A DNA stretch of 64,000 nucleotides, taken from positions 5,814 to 69,813 of the forward strand of contig JBMYXS010000004.1 of the NCBI GenBank assembly GCA_049608645.1, read 5' to 3'. The notes beneath the pieces were generated by a model that saw nothing but the letters and a program-made list of their open reading frames with translations, was not told where the DNA came from and made no database searches. Source of the DNA: Pikeienuella sp. (lineage in GTDB: Bacteria > Pseudomonadota > Alphaproteobacteria > Rhodobacterales > Rhodobacteraceae). Each line of letters starts with the position of its first letter. The stretch's first letter is position 1. Positions 28,183 through 35,866 of this stretch are shown here, one piece after another. The position numbers were made by a program, and so were the translations under genes.

Positions 28183-29310
28183 ATGACCGTATTGATCAAA
28201 GACCTTGGCCCATCTGCAAACGATCTTGCGTGGACAGCCGCACAGCACAAACTGGCCGCTTCGGACACAATCATCGGACATATTGATACCGGCCTTTTTC
28301 CCCACCCATCGCTTGGTTATTCCAACGACACACCGCCCCGAAATATCCTGAGCGTTCGGGGCATGAATTTTTATGATCCGGGTCAAAACGGCCCTGCCCC
28401 GGTGACTGACCTCTCAAAGGGATCGGGGCTTGTTGATGGGCTGTCAGAATACCCTGATCATGGTGTCAAAACCCTTTCGGTTATTCTTTCAGACAATGAA
28501 CACCTTCGTGGTGTCGCGCCCCATGCAAAGATCATTCCCTATCGTGTCGCGAATGGCCCGGTTTTCGTGGGGGCTGCCAAAACCGGAAGCATCGGCAAAG
28601 CGATCAGGCATGGCATGTCACAAGCCACTCCACCGCGTGTGTTTTCCATTTCAATGGGCAACACAGGCGTCACCGGCTTGTTTGAATTTTTGCGCGTGAT
28701 CACAGGCGGCGCACCGGGCATGCAAAAACAAACGACAGAGGCGATCAACGAAGCCTATGAGGCTGGCATTATTCTGGTGTGCGCTGGTGGGCAGGTCATC
28801 GACCGTGTGGTGTACCCCGCCCGCTTTCCCCGAACGATTGCCGTGGGCGGGATCACCGCCGATGAAACCCACTATCCCGAAACCGGGTACGATGCGCCCC
28901 ACATGATTGATGTGTGGGCCTATGCCAGCCACATCAATCGTGCCGCCGGGTTGCGCAGCCACGGGGCGATTGTGCCCATTCATGCAGACACACCCCATCC
29001 CGAAAACAAGGATGATGAACCATCAGGCACATCATATGCCTGCCCGCAGGTCGCAGCAGCAGCCGCGATGTGGGTGACGGAGCACGAACAGGCGCTCAAT
29101 CGTTTCGATCAGCGTTGGAAAATCGTTGAAGCATTCCGAAAGGCGCTCCGCGCAAGTGCCGGGACAGAGCGGCTGCCTTTGCGACGCAATGCGACAGCCA
29201 GCGAGAACATCCGCCGTTTGGACATCAACGCGCTGATCAAAACGCCGCCGGATATGACATTCTCATATCAAAAGGCACCGGCGGCACGGCAGTACGCGAG
29301 CTGGCTTTGA
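28183..29310 (+). CDS. S8 family (subtilisin-like) serine peptidase without signal peptide
   Basis: Catalytic triad contexts IGHIDTG (Asp), YPDHGVKT (His) and SGTSYACPQVAAAAAMW (Ser). GGGAGA RBS upstream of the ATG. The N-terminus MTVLIKDLGPSANDL is not a signal or lipoprotein sequence. Confidence 0.8.
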   Translation: MTVLIKDLGPSANDLAWTAAQHKLAASDTIIGHIDTGLFPHPSLGYSNDTPPRNILSVRGMNFYDPGQNGPAPVTDLSKGSGLVDGLSEYPDHGVKTLSVILSDNEHLRGVAPHAKIIPYRVANGPVFVGAAKTGSIGKAIRHGMSQATPPRVFSISMGNTGVTGLFEFLRVITGGAPGMQKQTTEAINEAYEAGIILVCAGGQVIDRVVYPARFPRTIAVGGITADETHYPETGYDAPHMIDVWAYASHINRAAGLRSHGAIVPIHADTPHPENKDDEPSGTSYACPQVAAAAAMWVTEHEQALNRFDQRWKIVEAFRKALRASAGTERLPLRRNATASENIRRLDINALIKTPPDMTFSYQKAPAARQYASWL

Positions 29311-29346
29311 TCGCCTGATCGCAAATTATGCCTGCTCGATCCTGCC

Positions 29347-30234
29347 TTATGTTGCCGTTTGCGCAACGGACAACATGCGCGCCACTTCGGCCCTGGCGGT
29401 TTGGTGATAGCTCGCGCCGCCGTGATATCGAACGATATCGTCTGACTGCTCGTCCATCGCCCCCCCCAACCCCGCCAACTGTGGCACCGTCAGATTGCTC
29501 AATGACGTGACGAGCGTTTTGACGGTGAACACAACAGCGCCCGTTTCGGGCAACTTCACGAGGCACTGACGCTCCACCCGCAGCCAGAACGCGGCGGAGG
29601 TTTCCCGCTCTACCCCGATCTTGTCGGCCTCATCGACTGGCTGAAAAAGCGCGGGCGTGGCATGGACAAGCCAGTTTGCACGCCACAGCGGGCGCCCCGG
29701 CCGCAAGGCATCAAAAAATCGCTGAACACGGGGGGCAAGGTCACCTTCATAACCCGGCACACGCGCATGAATGCCGATCAATGCCCGGTTCATCTTTTCG
29801 GTCAATGACCAGCGCGACGGAAAGCACAATATGCCGCCGGTCAGCACATGCTCCGCCTCGCCATCCGCCTTTTCCAATACAAGGAAATCTTCCTGCGCAA
29901 GCTGTCCCAGTGTTGCAAGCGGTGCCGAACTGTCGAGCCATACCAGCCCACCATCCGGGCGGCGTATCGAATTGCCCTCACGTGTGAAATCATGTTGTGC
30001 GAGCAGAACATCCAGCGCCGCGTGCAGACATTCTTCCGCCGCGGCACCACTATCACCCTGCAAGACAATCTCGCGGCGTTCTTTCAACAACCGCTCCCGC
30101 AGGGCGATTTGATCGGCATAGGTTTCGTCGACCAGCAACCATTCGTCAGGCGCAAGCGCCGATACCCCCGGCGGGTGCGCGGTGCGGGCCTCCATGAAGG
30201 GCGTAATCCGGGCTGTTGCATGTTCGAGCGGCAT
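29347..30234 (-). CDS. DUF3445 family protein (heme-dependent oxidative N-demethylase alpha-subunit-like)
   Basis: The N-terminal pattern PPGVSALAPDEWLLVDETYADQIALRERLLKERREIVL and the internal CFPSRWSL match my recollection of the DUF3445 family. The start lies 1 nt after the methyltransferase stop. Confidence 0.6.
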   Translation of the reverse strand: MPLEHATARITPFMEARTAHPPGVSALAPDEWLLVDETYADQIALRERLLKERREIVLQGDSGAAAEECLHAALDVLLAQHDFTREGNSIRRPDGGLVWLDSSAPLATLGQLAQEDFLVLEKADGEAEHVLTGGILCFPSRWSLTEKMNRALIGIHARVPGYEGDLAPRVQRFFDALRPGRPLWRANWLVHATPALFQPVDEADKIGVERETSAAFWLRVERQCLVKLPETGAVVFTVKTLVTSLSNLTVPQLAGLGGAMDEQSDDIVRYHGGASYHQTARAEVARMLSVAQTAT

Positions 30235-30235
30235 A

Positions 30236-31435
30236 TCAAAGGGCCCTTTCAGAATAGCGGAGCAGGTTATGCCCCGTCAGCACATCGTGGATCGGTCGCC
30301 AGCGCGTTGCAAAGCTGATCCAATCCATGCCAGCGGCTTTGGCCATTTCCCCCAACCGTAGCCGCCCATCGGCAAGGTTGATCAAGGCACCTGCGTCTTT
30401 GGGAATTTCACGGCGAATTTTCAGGCCCTCCACATCCAGTTTCAGCATCCCTTTGCGCGTGATTTCGCCCCCCAGAGCGCGGGCGGGCACGCCGTTCAGA
30501 CGCGGGCGCAACTGGGGTGCCGGCACAGCAGCAGCGCGGGGTGCACGAGCCGCGTAAAAAACATGAACCTTCATGTTACCGGCCAACTGCTCGGCCAGTG
30601 CCGCCTGCTGCAAAGCGGTTAGCCCATCAAGCTGACCCCACAACGCTTCGGGCAGATAGAGGCGCGGGTCATAGCGCGCAGGTTCAACAAAACTGACGAG
30701 CGACAGGCCCGCCTTGTTCAACGTCTCATCAATTTCATTCACCGTGTAGGGGCGATCGCGCGAATGCAGCAGCAGGTCATAAAGCCCTGCATCAGACTGT
30801 TTATGGTCCACAAGAAAACCGTTCTGCGGAAACCAGTTTGTACGCGGCAGACCTTTGAGCACGGCCTTGGCGGTAACGACCTGATCCTGCGGTGATTGCC
30901 CGGCGGTCAGCGCCTGTAGGGCATGTTGCATCGGATAGACACCCGTTCGCCCATACGGCGCATAGACCATCGCGCCCAAGCCCCCCTCTTCGCTCAGGGC
31001 TGATGACAAAGCATCAAAACCCGCTTGCGGGTCAGGCAGATGATGCAGAACCCCGGTACAATCAATGTAATCAAAAAGCCCATGATCAGGCGCGGTCAGC
31101 AAGTCGCCCGTCAGAAAGGTGATATTGTTCAGGCCTCGTGCTGCGGCACGCGCCTCTGCCACGGCGCGGCTGGCCTCTGACATATCGAGATAGGTGATTT
31201 CGGCAGGGCAGCGAATGTCGTGCAATTTTTGTGCTACCTGCATCAACCCATCGCCAGTGCCACCTCCGGCGACCAAAACACGAAATGGCTTTGACCAGTC
31301 ACGAACACCGCCAAACAGCATGTGATCAATTTCCGGCAAATCGGAGGGGGACCCGACGATCAGGCGTTTTGCCTCATCCTTCGGGTCACGGTCGGGATAC
31401 GGATAGGCTTCGTATTGGCGTTTTACAGGGTCCAT
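30236..31435 (-). CDS. Class I SAM-dependent methyltransferase with an extra C-terminal domain
   Basis: N-terminal YEAYPYPDRDP. SAM motif I VLVAGGGTGDG, and post-I/II motifs (YLDMS; DYIDCTGVLHHL). About 190 aa of additional C-terminal sequence. AAGGA RBS. Confidence 0.75.
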   Translation of the reverse strand: MDPVKRQYEAYPYPDRDPKDEAKRLIVGSPSDLPEIDHMLFGGVRDWSKPFRVLVAGGGTGDGLMQVAQKLHDIRCPAEITYLDMSEASRAVAEARAAARGLNNITFLTGDLLTAPDHGLFDYIDCTGVLHHLPDPQAGFDALSSALSEEGGLGAMVYAPYGRTGVYPMQHALQALTAGQSPQDQVVTAKAVLKGLPRTNWFPQNGFLVDHKQSDAGLYDLLLHSRDRPYTVNEIDETLNKAGLSLVSFVEPARYDPRLYLPEALWGQLDGLTALQQAALAEQLAGNMKVHVFYAARAPRAAAVPAPQLRPRLNGVPARALGGEITRKGMLKLDVEGLKIRREIPKDAGALINLADGRLRLGEMAKAAGMDWISFATRWRPIHDVLTGHNLLRYSERAL

Positions 31436-31474
31436 GCCGCATCCTTACGCGCGGTGCCAATTTCCGACAATAGT

Positions 31475-31498
31475 TTGCCGCGAAACGGGTTGCGGCAA
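31475..31498. promoter_or_regulatory. Palindrome TTGCCGC-N10-GCGGCAA in the divergent methyltransferase/dddP intergenic region
   Basis: Perfect 7-bp arms at 31475-31481 and 31492-31498. It sits 40 nt from the methyltransferase ATG and 47 nt from the dddP ATG. Candidate shared operator. Confidence 0.3.
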
Positions 31499-31544
31499 GA
31501 CACTTCTGCAAGTCTCGTGAACCAAAGCACCGGGAGCAAGCAGC

Positions 31545-32891
31545 ATGAGCAAGCACAAGACCTATTCGCACATCCGCAAGATTACGCCGGGCATGAAACC
31601 TGATGGCACCCCCGATGATAATGACCGCGTGGAGATTGGCCCGACCCAACTGGCCTATGACGAATGGGCTGCTGCCGGGATAGAATGCCCCGATTTGCCG
31701 ACCATGCGCGCCCACCGTCACGCCCGCATCGTTGCAAGCTTGGCAGCGCGTAACATGGATGCGGTCCTGGTCATGGATCCGCTGAACATTCGCTATGCGA
31801 CCGACACCAGCAACATGCAGCTTTGGAACACCCACAACCCGTTCCGCGCCTGTCTGGTCTGCGCAGACGGGCATATGGTGGTTTGGGAGTATAAAGGGCT
31901 CGATTTTCTCACCGGCTTTAACCCGCTGGTGAAAGAAGTACGCAATGGTGCCTCGATGTTCTATTTTTCCGCTGGCGACGGGGTGGAAATCGCGGCAGAG
32001 CAATTTGCCGACCAGATCAAAGGCTTGCTTGACGCCCATTGCGAAGGGGGGCGGCGAATTGCCATCGACAAGATGATGATCCACGGCGTTCGCGCCTTCG
32101 ATGAAGCCGGGTTCACCATCTTTGACGGCGAAGAATTGATGGAGAAAACCCGCGCCATCAAAGGCCCGGATGAAATAAAGGCACTGCGCTGTGCGCAACA
32201 CGCTTGTGAACAGGCCTTGGCCGAAATGCGCCGCCAGACCGAACCGGGCATGACCGAAAATGACATCTGGGCTGTACTGCACGCGGAAAACATCAAACGC
32301 GGCGGCGAATGGATTGAAACGCGCCTGCTGGCTTCAGGCGTGCGCACCAACCCGTGGTTTCAGGAATGCGGCCCGCGCGTGATTCAGAACAACGAAATCG
32401 TTGCCTGGGACACGGACCTTGTCGGCGTCTATGGCATGTGCGTCGACATTTCCCGCACGTGGTTCATTGGCGACGGCGAGCCAACGGCAGAGATGAAGCG
32501 CGTCCACCGCGAGGCCTATACCCAGATCACCGAAAACTGGCAGATGCTCCGCCCCGGCATGACGTTAAGGGAGGTCAGCCATAATTGCCGCCCGATGCCC
32601 GAAGAGTTCACCAAACTGAAATATGGTTGCGTGATGCACGGTGTTGGCCTGTGTGATGAGTGGCCGCTCGTGAAATACCCTGATCTTTGGGAAGATGGGG
32701 AATTCGACTACCCGTTGGAGCCGGGCATGTTCCTGTGTTCGGAGGCCTATCTCGGGACAGAGGGCGGCTCCTTCGGCGTCAAGCTCGAAGATCAAGTGAT
32801 GATCACCGAAGACGGCGTAGAAAACCTGACCCGCTGTCCGTTCGATGAGAAACTGATGGACGGCCTGAAACCTTGGTGGGAAACCTCCTGA
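31545..32891 (+). CDS. dddP: M24-family DMSP lyase DddP-like enzyme
   Basis: 448 aa. The blocks NDRVEIGPTQLA, DPLNIRYATDTSNMQLWNTHNPFRA, GGEWIETRLLASG.RTNPWFQECGPR, DTDLVG.YG.C.DISR.W, KYGC.MHGVGLCDEWP, LEPGM..C.EA and KLEDQV.ITEDG match DddP as I remember it. This includes the metal-ligand Asp/His/Glu positions of the pita-bread fold. Confidence 0.7.
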   Translation: MSKHKTYSHIRKITPGMKPDGTPDDNDRVEIGPTQLAYDEWAAAGIECPDLPTMRAHRHARIVASLAARNMDAVLVMDPLNIRYATDTSNMQLWNTHNPFRACLVCADGHMVVWEYKGLDFLTGFNPLVKEVRNGASMFYFSAGDGVEIAAEQFADQIKGLLDAHCEGGRRIAIDKMMIHGVRAFDEAGFTIFDGEELMEKTRAIKGPDEIKALRCAQHACEQALAEMRRQTEPGMTENDIWAVLHAENIKRGGEWIETRLLASGVRTNPWFQECGPRVIQNNEIVAWDTDLVGVYGMCVDISRTWFIGDGEPTAEMKRVHREAYTQITENWQMLRPGMTLREVSHNCRPMPEEFTKLKYGCVMHGVGLCDEWPLVKYPDLWEDGEFDYPLEPGMFLCSEAYLGTEGGSFGVKLEDQVMITEDGVENLTRCPFDEKLMDGLKPWWETS

Positions 32892-32898
32892 TCCGGTT

Positions 32899-33672
32899 TC
32901 AGAGCGACAACGCCAGACGGTCTTTCAGATAGGGAAGCCTTGCCTGCGCGGCGGGTACGCGGGCCATGTTCAGATCCGCGGTGATGACCTCCGGCGCGTG
33001 CCCTGCGCGTGCCAGTTCCTCGCCATCAGGGGCGGCGATAAAGCTGCGGCCCAGAAACGCCATATCCCCCTCTGCCCCCGCGCTATTGGCATAGGCGAGA
33101 AAAACGCCGTTTTCATAAGCCCGCGTTGGGATCATTGTATCTGCGACCCACCCCCACTTCGCGCCCAGCGCAGTGGGAACAAGCACAAGCTCAGCCCCCA
33201 ATTGGGCGACGTGGCGTGCGGTTTCCGGGAATTCCGCATCATAACAAATCAACGTCGCAATACGCACTCCCTTATAGGAAAACAGCGCGCACCCGTTCCC
33301 GGCGGCGAAATACTGCCCCTCAAACCCTGGTGGAATAATGAGCTTGCGATGCCCACCCAACCGCGTGCCATCGGGGGCAATACACTGCGCTGAATTGAAC
33401 AGGTTTTCGCCGTCGCGCTCAGGATATCCGTAGTGAATGGCCACGCCACTTTCCCGCGCCATCCCGGCGACCTGCCGCGCGATCGCGCCATCAGCGGGTT
33501 CCGCGCAGTTGTGGACCATTTCGCCAATGTTATAGCCCGATGCGAAAAGCTCCGGCAGCAGCAGCAGGTCAGCTTTCGCGGCTGCACCGCGCAGAATGTC
33601 AGCCAGCCAGGAAAGACGCGCCTGGACGCCCACAAGTGCGGCTGGCGCTTGGGCAACTGCAAGTCGGAACAT
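32899..33672 (-). CDS. Carbon-nitrogen hydrolase family protein (nitrilase/amidase superfamily)
   Basis: Catalytic Glu (LLLPELF), Lys (HRKL) and Cys (ATLICYDAEFPE) in the canonical order. 257 aa. Confidence 0.8.
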   Translation of the reverse strand: MFRLAVAQAPAALVGVQARLSWLADILRGAAAKADLLLLPELFASGYNIGEMVHNCAEPADGAIARQVAGMARESGVAIHYGYPERDGENLFNSAQCIAPDGTRLGGHRKLIIPPGFEGQYFAAGNGCALFSYKGVRIATLICYDAEFPETARHVAQLGAELVLVPTALGAKWGWVADTMIPTRAYENGVFLAYANSAGAEGDMAFLGRSFIAAPDGEELARAGHAPEVITADLNMARVPAAQARLPYLKDRLALSL

Positions 33673-33673
33673 G

Positions 33674-34831
33674 TCAGCGGTCCGTAATCAGCAATTCACG
33701 TGGATAATCGGTCAGATACTCTGCCCCTGTTTCTGTCACCACGATGCTGTCACCAATGCGCCCTGCCGTGACACCGTCAATGGAAATGCCACCATCAACG
33801 GCAAAGGTCATACCCGGTTGCAGGATCGTCTTGTCACCCGCTTTCAACTCCGGCGCTTCGAGGTAGGCGACGCCGATGGATCGACCTGTTCGATAGCCGG
33901 TTTCATAACCACGCTCTGCATAAACCTCATTCGCGGCGGCGGCGATGTCTTCGGCGGCAACGCCAGGCCGAATGGCGGCAATCGCGGCTTGCTGTGCGTC
34001 GATGGCGGCCTGTTGAACGCGGGCGGCATCCTCTTTCGCCTCACCGATATGGAACATCCGGTCAAAGCCCAGTTTGTATTGCTTGAATTGCGCCATGTTG
34101 CAGAAACAGAAATAGACCGGGTCAGCCAACTGATACGCCTTTACCGAAGCACGGCGGTGAACCATCGACGTATCGCGCCCGCTTTGTAGGATTTGCAGGT
34201 TGTGGATCATGGGCGAGACGAACCGCTCCCACCCTTTGTCTGTCAAAAAACCTGCCGCCTTGCGGGTGCCTGCATCAATGACCGCCAGCGCGCTTTCCCA
34301 TTCCTGCGCGCCTTCACGCAATGAGCCATGCGCCGCCGCCATCATCGCGCCTGCAACTTCGCCCGCTTGTTTCATAACCTCTATTTCAAGCGGTGACTTG
34401 ACCATGCGTTGTTCACCCAGGATGGGGCCGATATCCCGCAGGCTTGCACTTGGATAACGCTCATCAATGAACCGCCGAATGATCGCGGGCATTTGCCCGT
34501 GCTCGACCCATAATTCGCGCGGGTTTTCGGGGAGCACTTCAGAAAGCACCCTGCCCCAACTGCGCTGCCCGGCATCTTCCCACGTGCGCACGTCCTGCAC
34601 CCAGGTCATCTCCGCGACCATCTCGCTTTCCATCAACGGGGTGACGACCACGGGGTCATCATCGGTGGACACCAGCAGCATCGTCGGGCGCCCGAATTCA
34701 ATGCCCAGATAACCCCAAAACCCTGCCAGATACGCGATTGAGCTTTCGTCTGTGAACAAGGCCTGCGCAATGCCGAGCGTTTTCATTCTCTCACGCAGGG
34801 CGTTCGTGCGGGCTTGGGCTTCGTGCAGCAT
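33674..34831 (-). CDS. M24 family metallopeptidase (creatinase/Xaa-Pro peptidase-like)
   Basis: ORF 33674..34903. Likely start ATG 34831 (MLHEAQARTNALRERM). Creatinase_N-like N-terminal domain plus a pita-bread C-terminal domain (HRTGRSIG, GMTFAVDG). The stop abuts the C-N hydrolase start. Confidence 0.7.
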   Translation of the reverse strand: MLHEAQARTNALRERMKTLGIAQALFTDESSIAYLAGFWGYLGIEFGRPTMLLVSTDDDPVVVTPLMESEMVAEMTWVQDVRTWEDAGQRSWGRVLSEVLPENPRELWVEHGQMPAIIRRFIDERYPSASLRDIGPILGEQRMVKSPLEIEVMKQAGEVAGAMMAAAHGSLREGAQEWESALAVIDAGTRKAAGFLTDKGWERFVSPMIHNLQILQSGRDTSMVHRRASVKAYQLADPVYFCFCNMAQFKQYKLGFDRMFHIGEAKEDAARVQQAAIDAQQAAIAAIRPGVAAEDIAAAANEVYAERGYETGYRTGRSIGVAYLEAPELKAGDKTILQPGMTFAVDGGISIDGVTAGRIGDSIVVTETGAEYLTDYPRELLITDR

Positions 34832-34967
34832 CTTTCGGGCCTTTCTGTTGGTGGCGGCCCACCATATTCGCCATATTCTTTGCAAAGGGTCTGAACGCGT
34901 CATTTCGATGCCGTGTTCGCACGTGATCGCGTTTGCAATCGGGCTGGCGGCGGGTCAGGTTGCACGC

Positions 34968-35849
34968 ATGTTGAACCAGATGATCACAGCAAACGGCCTT
35001 CAATTTCATGTCGCCACCGCTGGCGCGCCTGCGAACCCAATGTTGCTGTTCCTGCACGGATTCCCCGAATATTCCGGCGCATGGGCGGAACTGTTCGAAC
35101 GTCTTTCAGATACCTATTTCTGTGTCGCCCCAGATCAGCGTGGGTATGGGCAATCGTCAAAGCCGGATGGTGTTGCAGCATATGCGACTGGCAAACTGGC
35201 CGCCGATGCCGCTGCTGTTCTGACCCATTTTTCGCCTGCGGCTCATGCGGTAATCGGCCATGACTGGGGCGCGTCGGTGGCCTATGCTCTCGCCTTTTCA
35301 CGGCCGAAGGCGATGAAGCGGCTGATCATACTGAACGGCGCACACCCCATCCCGTTTCAGCGGGAACTGGCGGCCGGGGGCGCGCAGTCGGCAGCTTCGC
35401 AATATTTTCACCTGTTGCGATCCGATGATGCAGAACGGGTGCTGGGTGCCGATCACTTTGCATACCTGCGCCAGATGTTCGCCAAAGGCATGGATATGTC
35501 GTGGATGGCAGGCACGCGCGCCACTGCTTATGAGCAGGCATGGTCCGTGCCCGGCGCATTGACTGGCATGGTCAACTGGTATCGGGCCACGCCCCTGAAA
35601 GTCGCCGCAGCTGGCAGCCCGATACCCGCCGATCAGTTGATCCCCTTTGACCCTGCCCGATTGCGGGTGACGATGCCACATTTGTTGATATGGGGAATGA
35701 ACGACACAGCCTTGTTACCGTCCTGCCGGGACGGGCTGGCCGATCTTTGTGAAGATTTGACCATGAAAGAAATCGACGGCGCGGACCATTGGCTTCACCA
35801 TCAAAAACCCGATGATGTGGCCGATGCGATCCGCCGATTTTGCCAGTGA
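34968..35849 (+). CDS. Alpha/beta hydrolase (epoxide-hydrolase/dehalogenase-like)
   Basis: ORF 34752..35849, but its 5' part overlaps the divergent M24 gene. Start taken at ATG 34968 or 34980. Motifs LHGFPE, Asp nucleophile in GHDWG, and C-terminal DHWLHH (His). Confidence 0.7.
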   Translation: MLNQMITANGLQFHVATAGAPANPMLLFLHGFPEYSGAWAELFERLSDTYFCVAPDQRGYGQSSKPDGVAAYATGKLAADAAAVLTHFSPAAHAVIGHDWGASVAYALAFSRPKAMKRLIILNGAHPIPFQRELAAGGAQSAASQYFHLLRSDDAERVLGADHFAYLRQMFAKGMDMSWMAGTRATAYEQAWSVPGALTGMVNWYRATPLKVAAAGSPIPADQLIPFDPARLRVTMPHLLIWGMNDTALLPSCRDGLADLCEDLTMKEIDGADHWLHHQKPDDVADAIRRFCQ

Positions 35850-35866
35850 AAGTCGAGACAGTGAAA

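Noticed and set aside
28183-29310. Compositional evidence that the S8 gene is horizontally acquired.
   Set aside because: My hand counts are inconsistent. The first 120 nt have 62/120 GC, but other 60-nt samples in the gene range from 24/60 to 37/60. A 120-nt lhr sample gives 73/120. This is too noisy to claim atypical GC and needs a proper sliding-window and codon-usage calculation.
31386-32282. Long ORFs antisense to, or out of frame with, well-supported genes: 31386..32282(-), 42088..42858(+), 56951..57793(-), 61198..62223(+), 62349..63449(-), 15256..16029(-), 60201..60995(+), 52603..53229(-), 4992..5651(-), 9236..9949(-).
   Set aside because: These are typical shadow ORFs of a high-GC genome. 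Their translations are Arg/Ala/Gly/Pro-rich and low in complexity, with no recognisable motifs. Each lies entirely inside a gene whose other-strand or other-frame product has clear family signatures. ORF 61198..62223 even reads through the tRNA-Leu gene.
33674-34831. M24 enzyme as the ectoine hydrolase DoeA/EutD.
   Set aside because: No DoeB/EutE deacetylase, aminotransferase, dehydrogenase or ectoine transporter genes are nearby. The partner is a C-N hydrolase instead.
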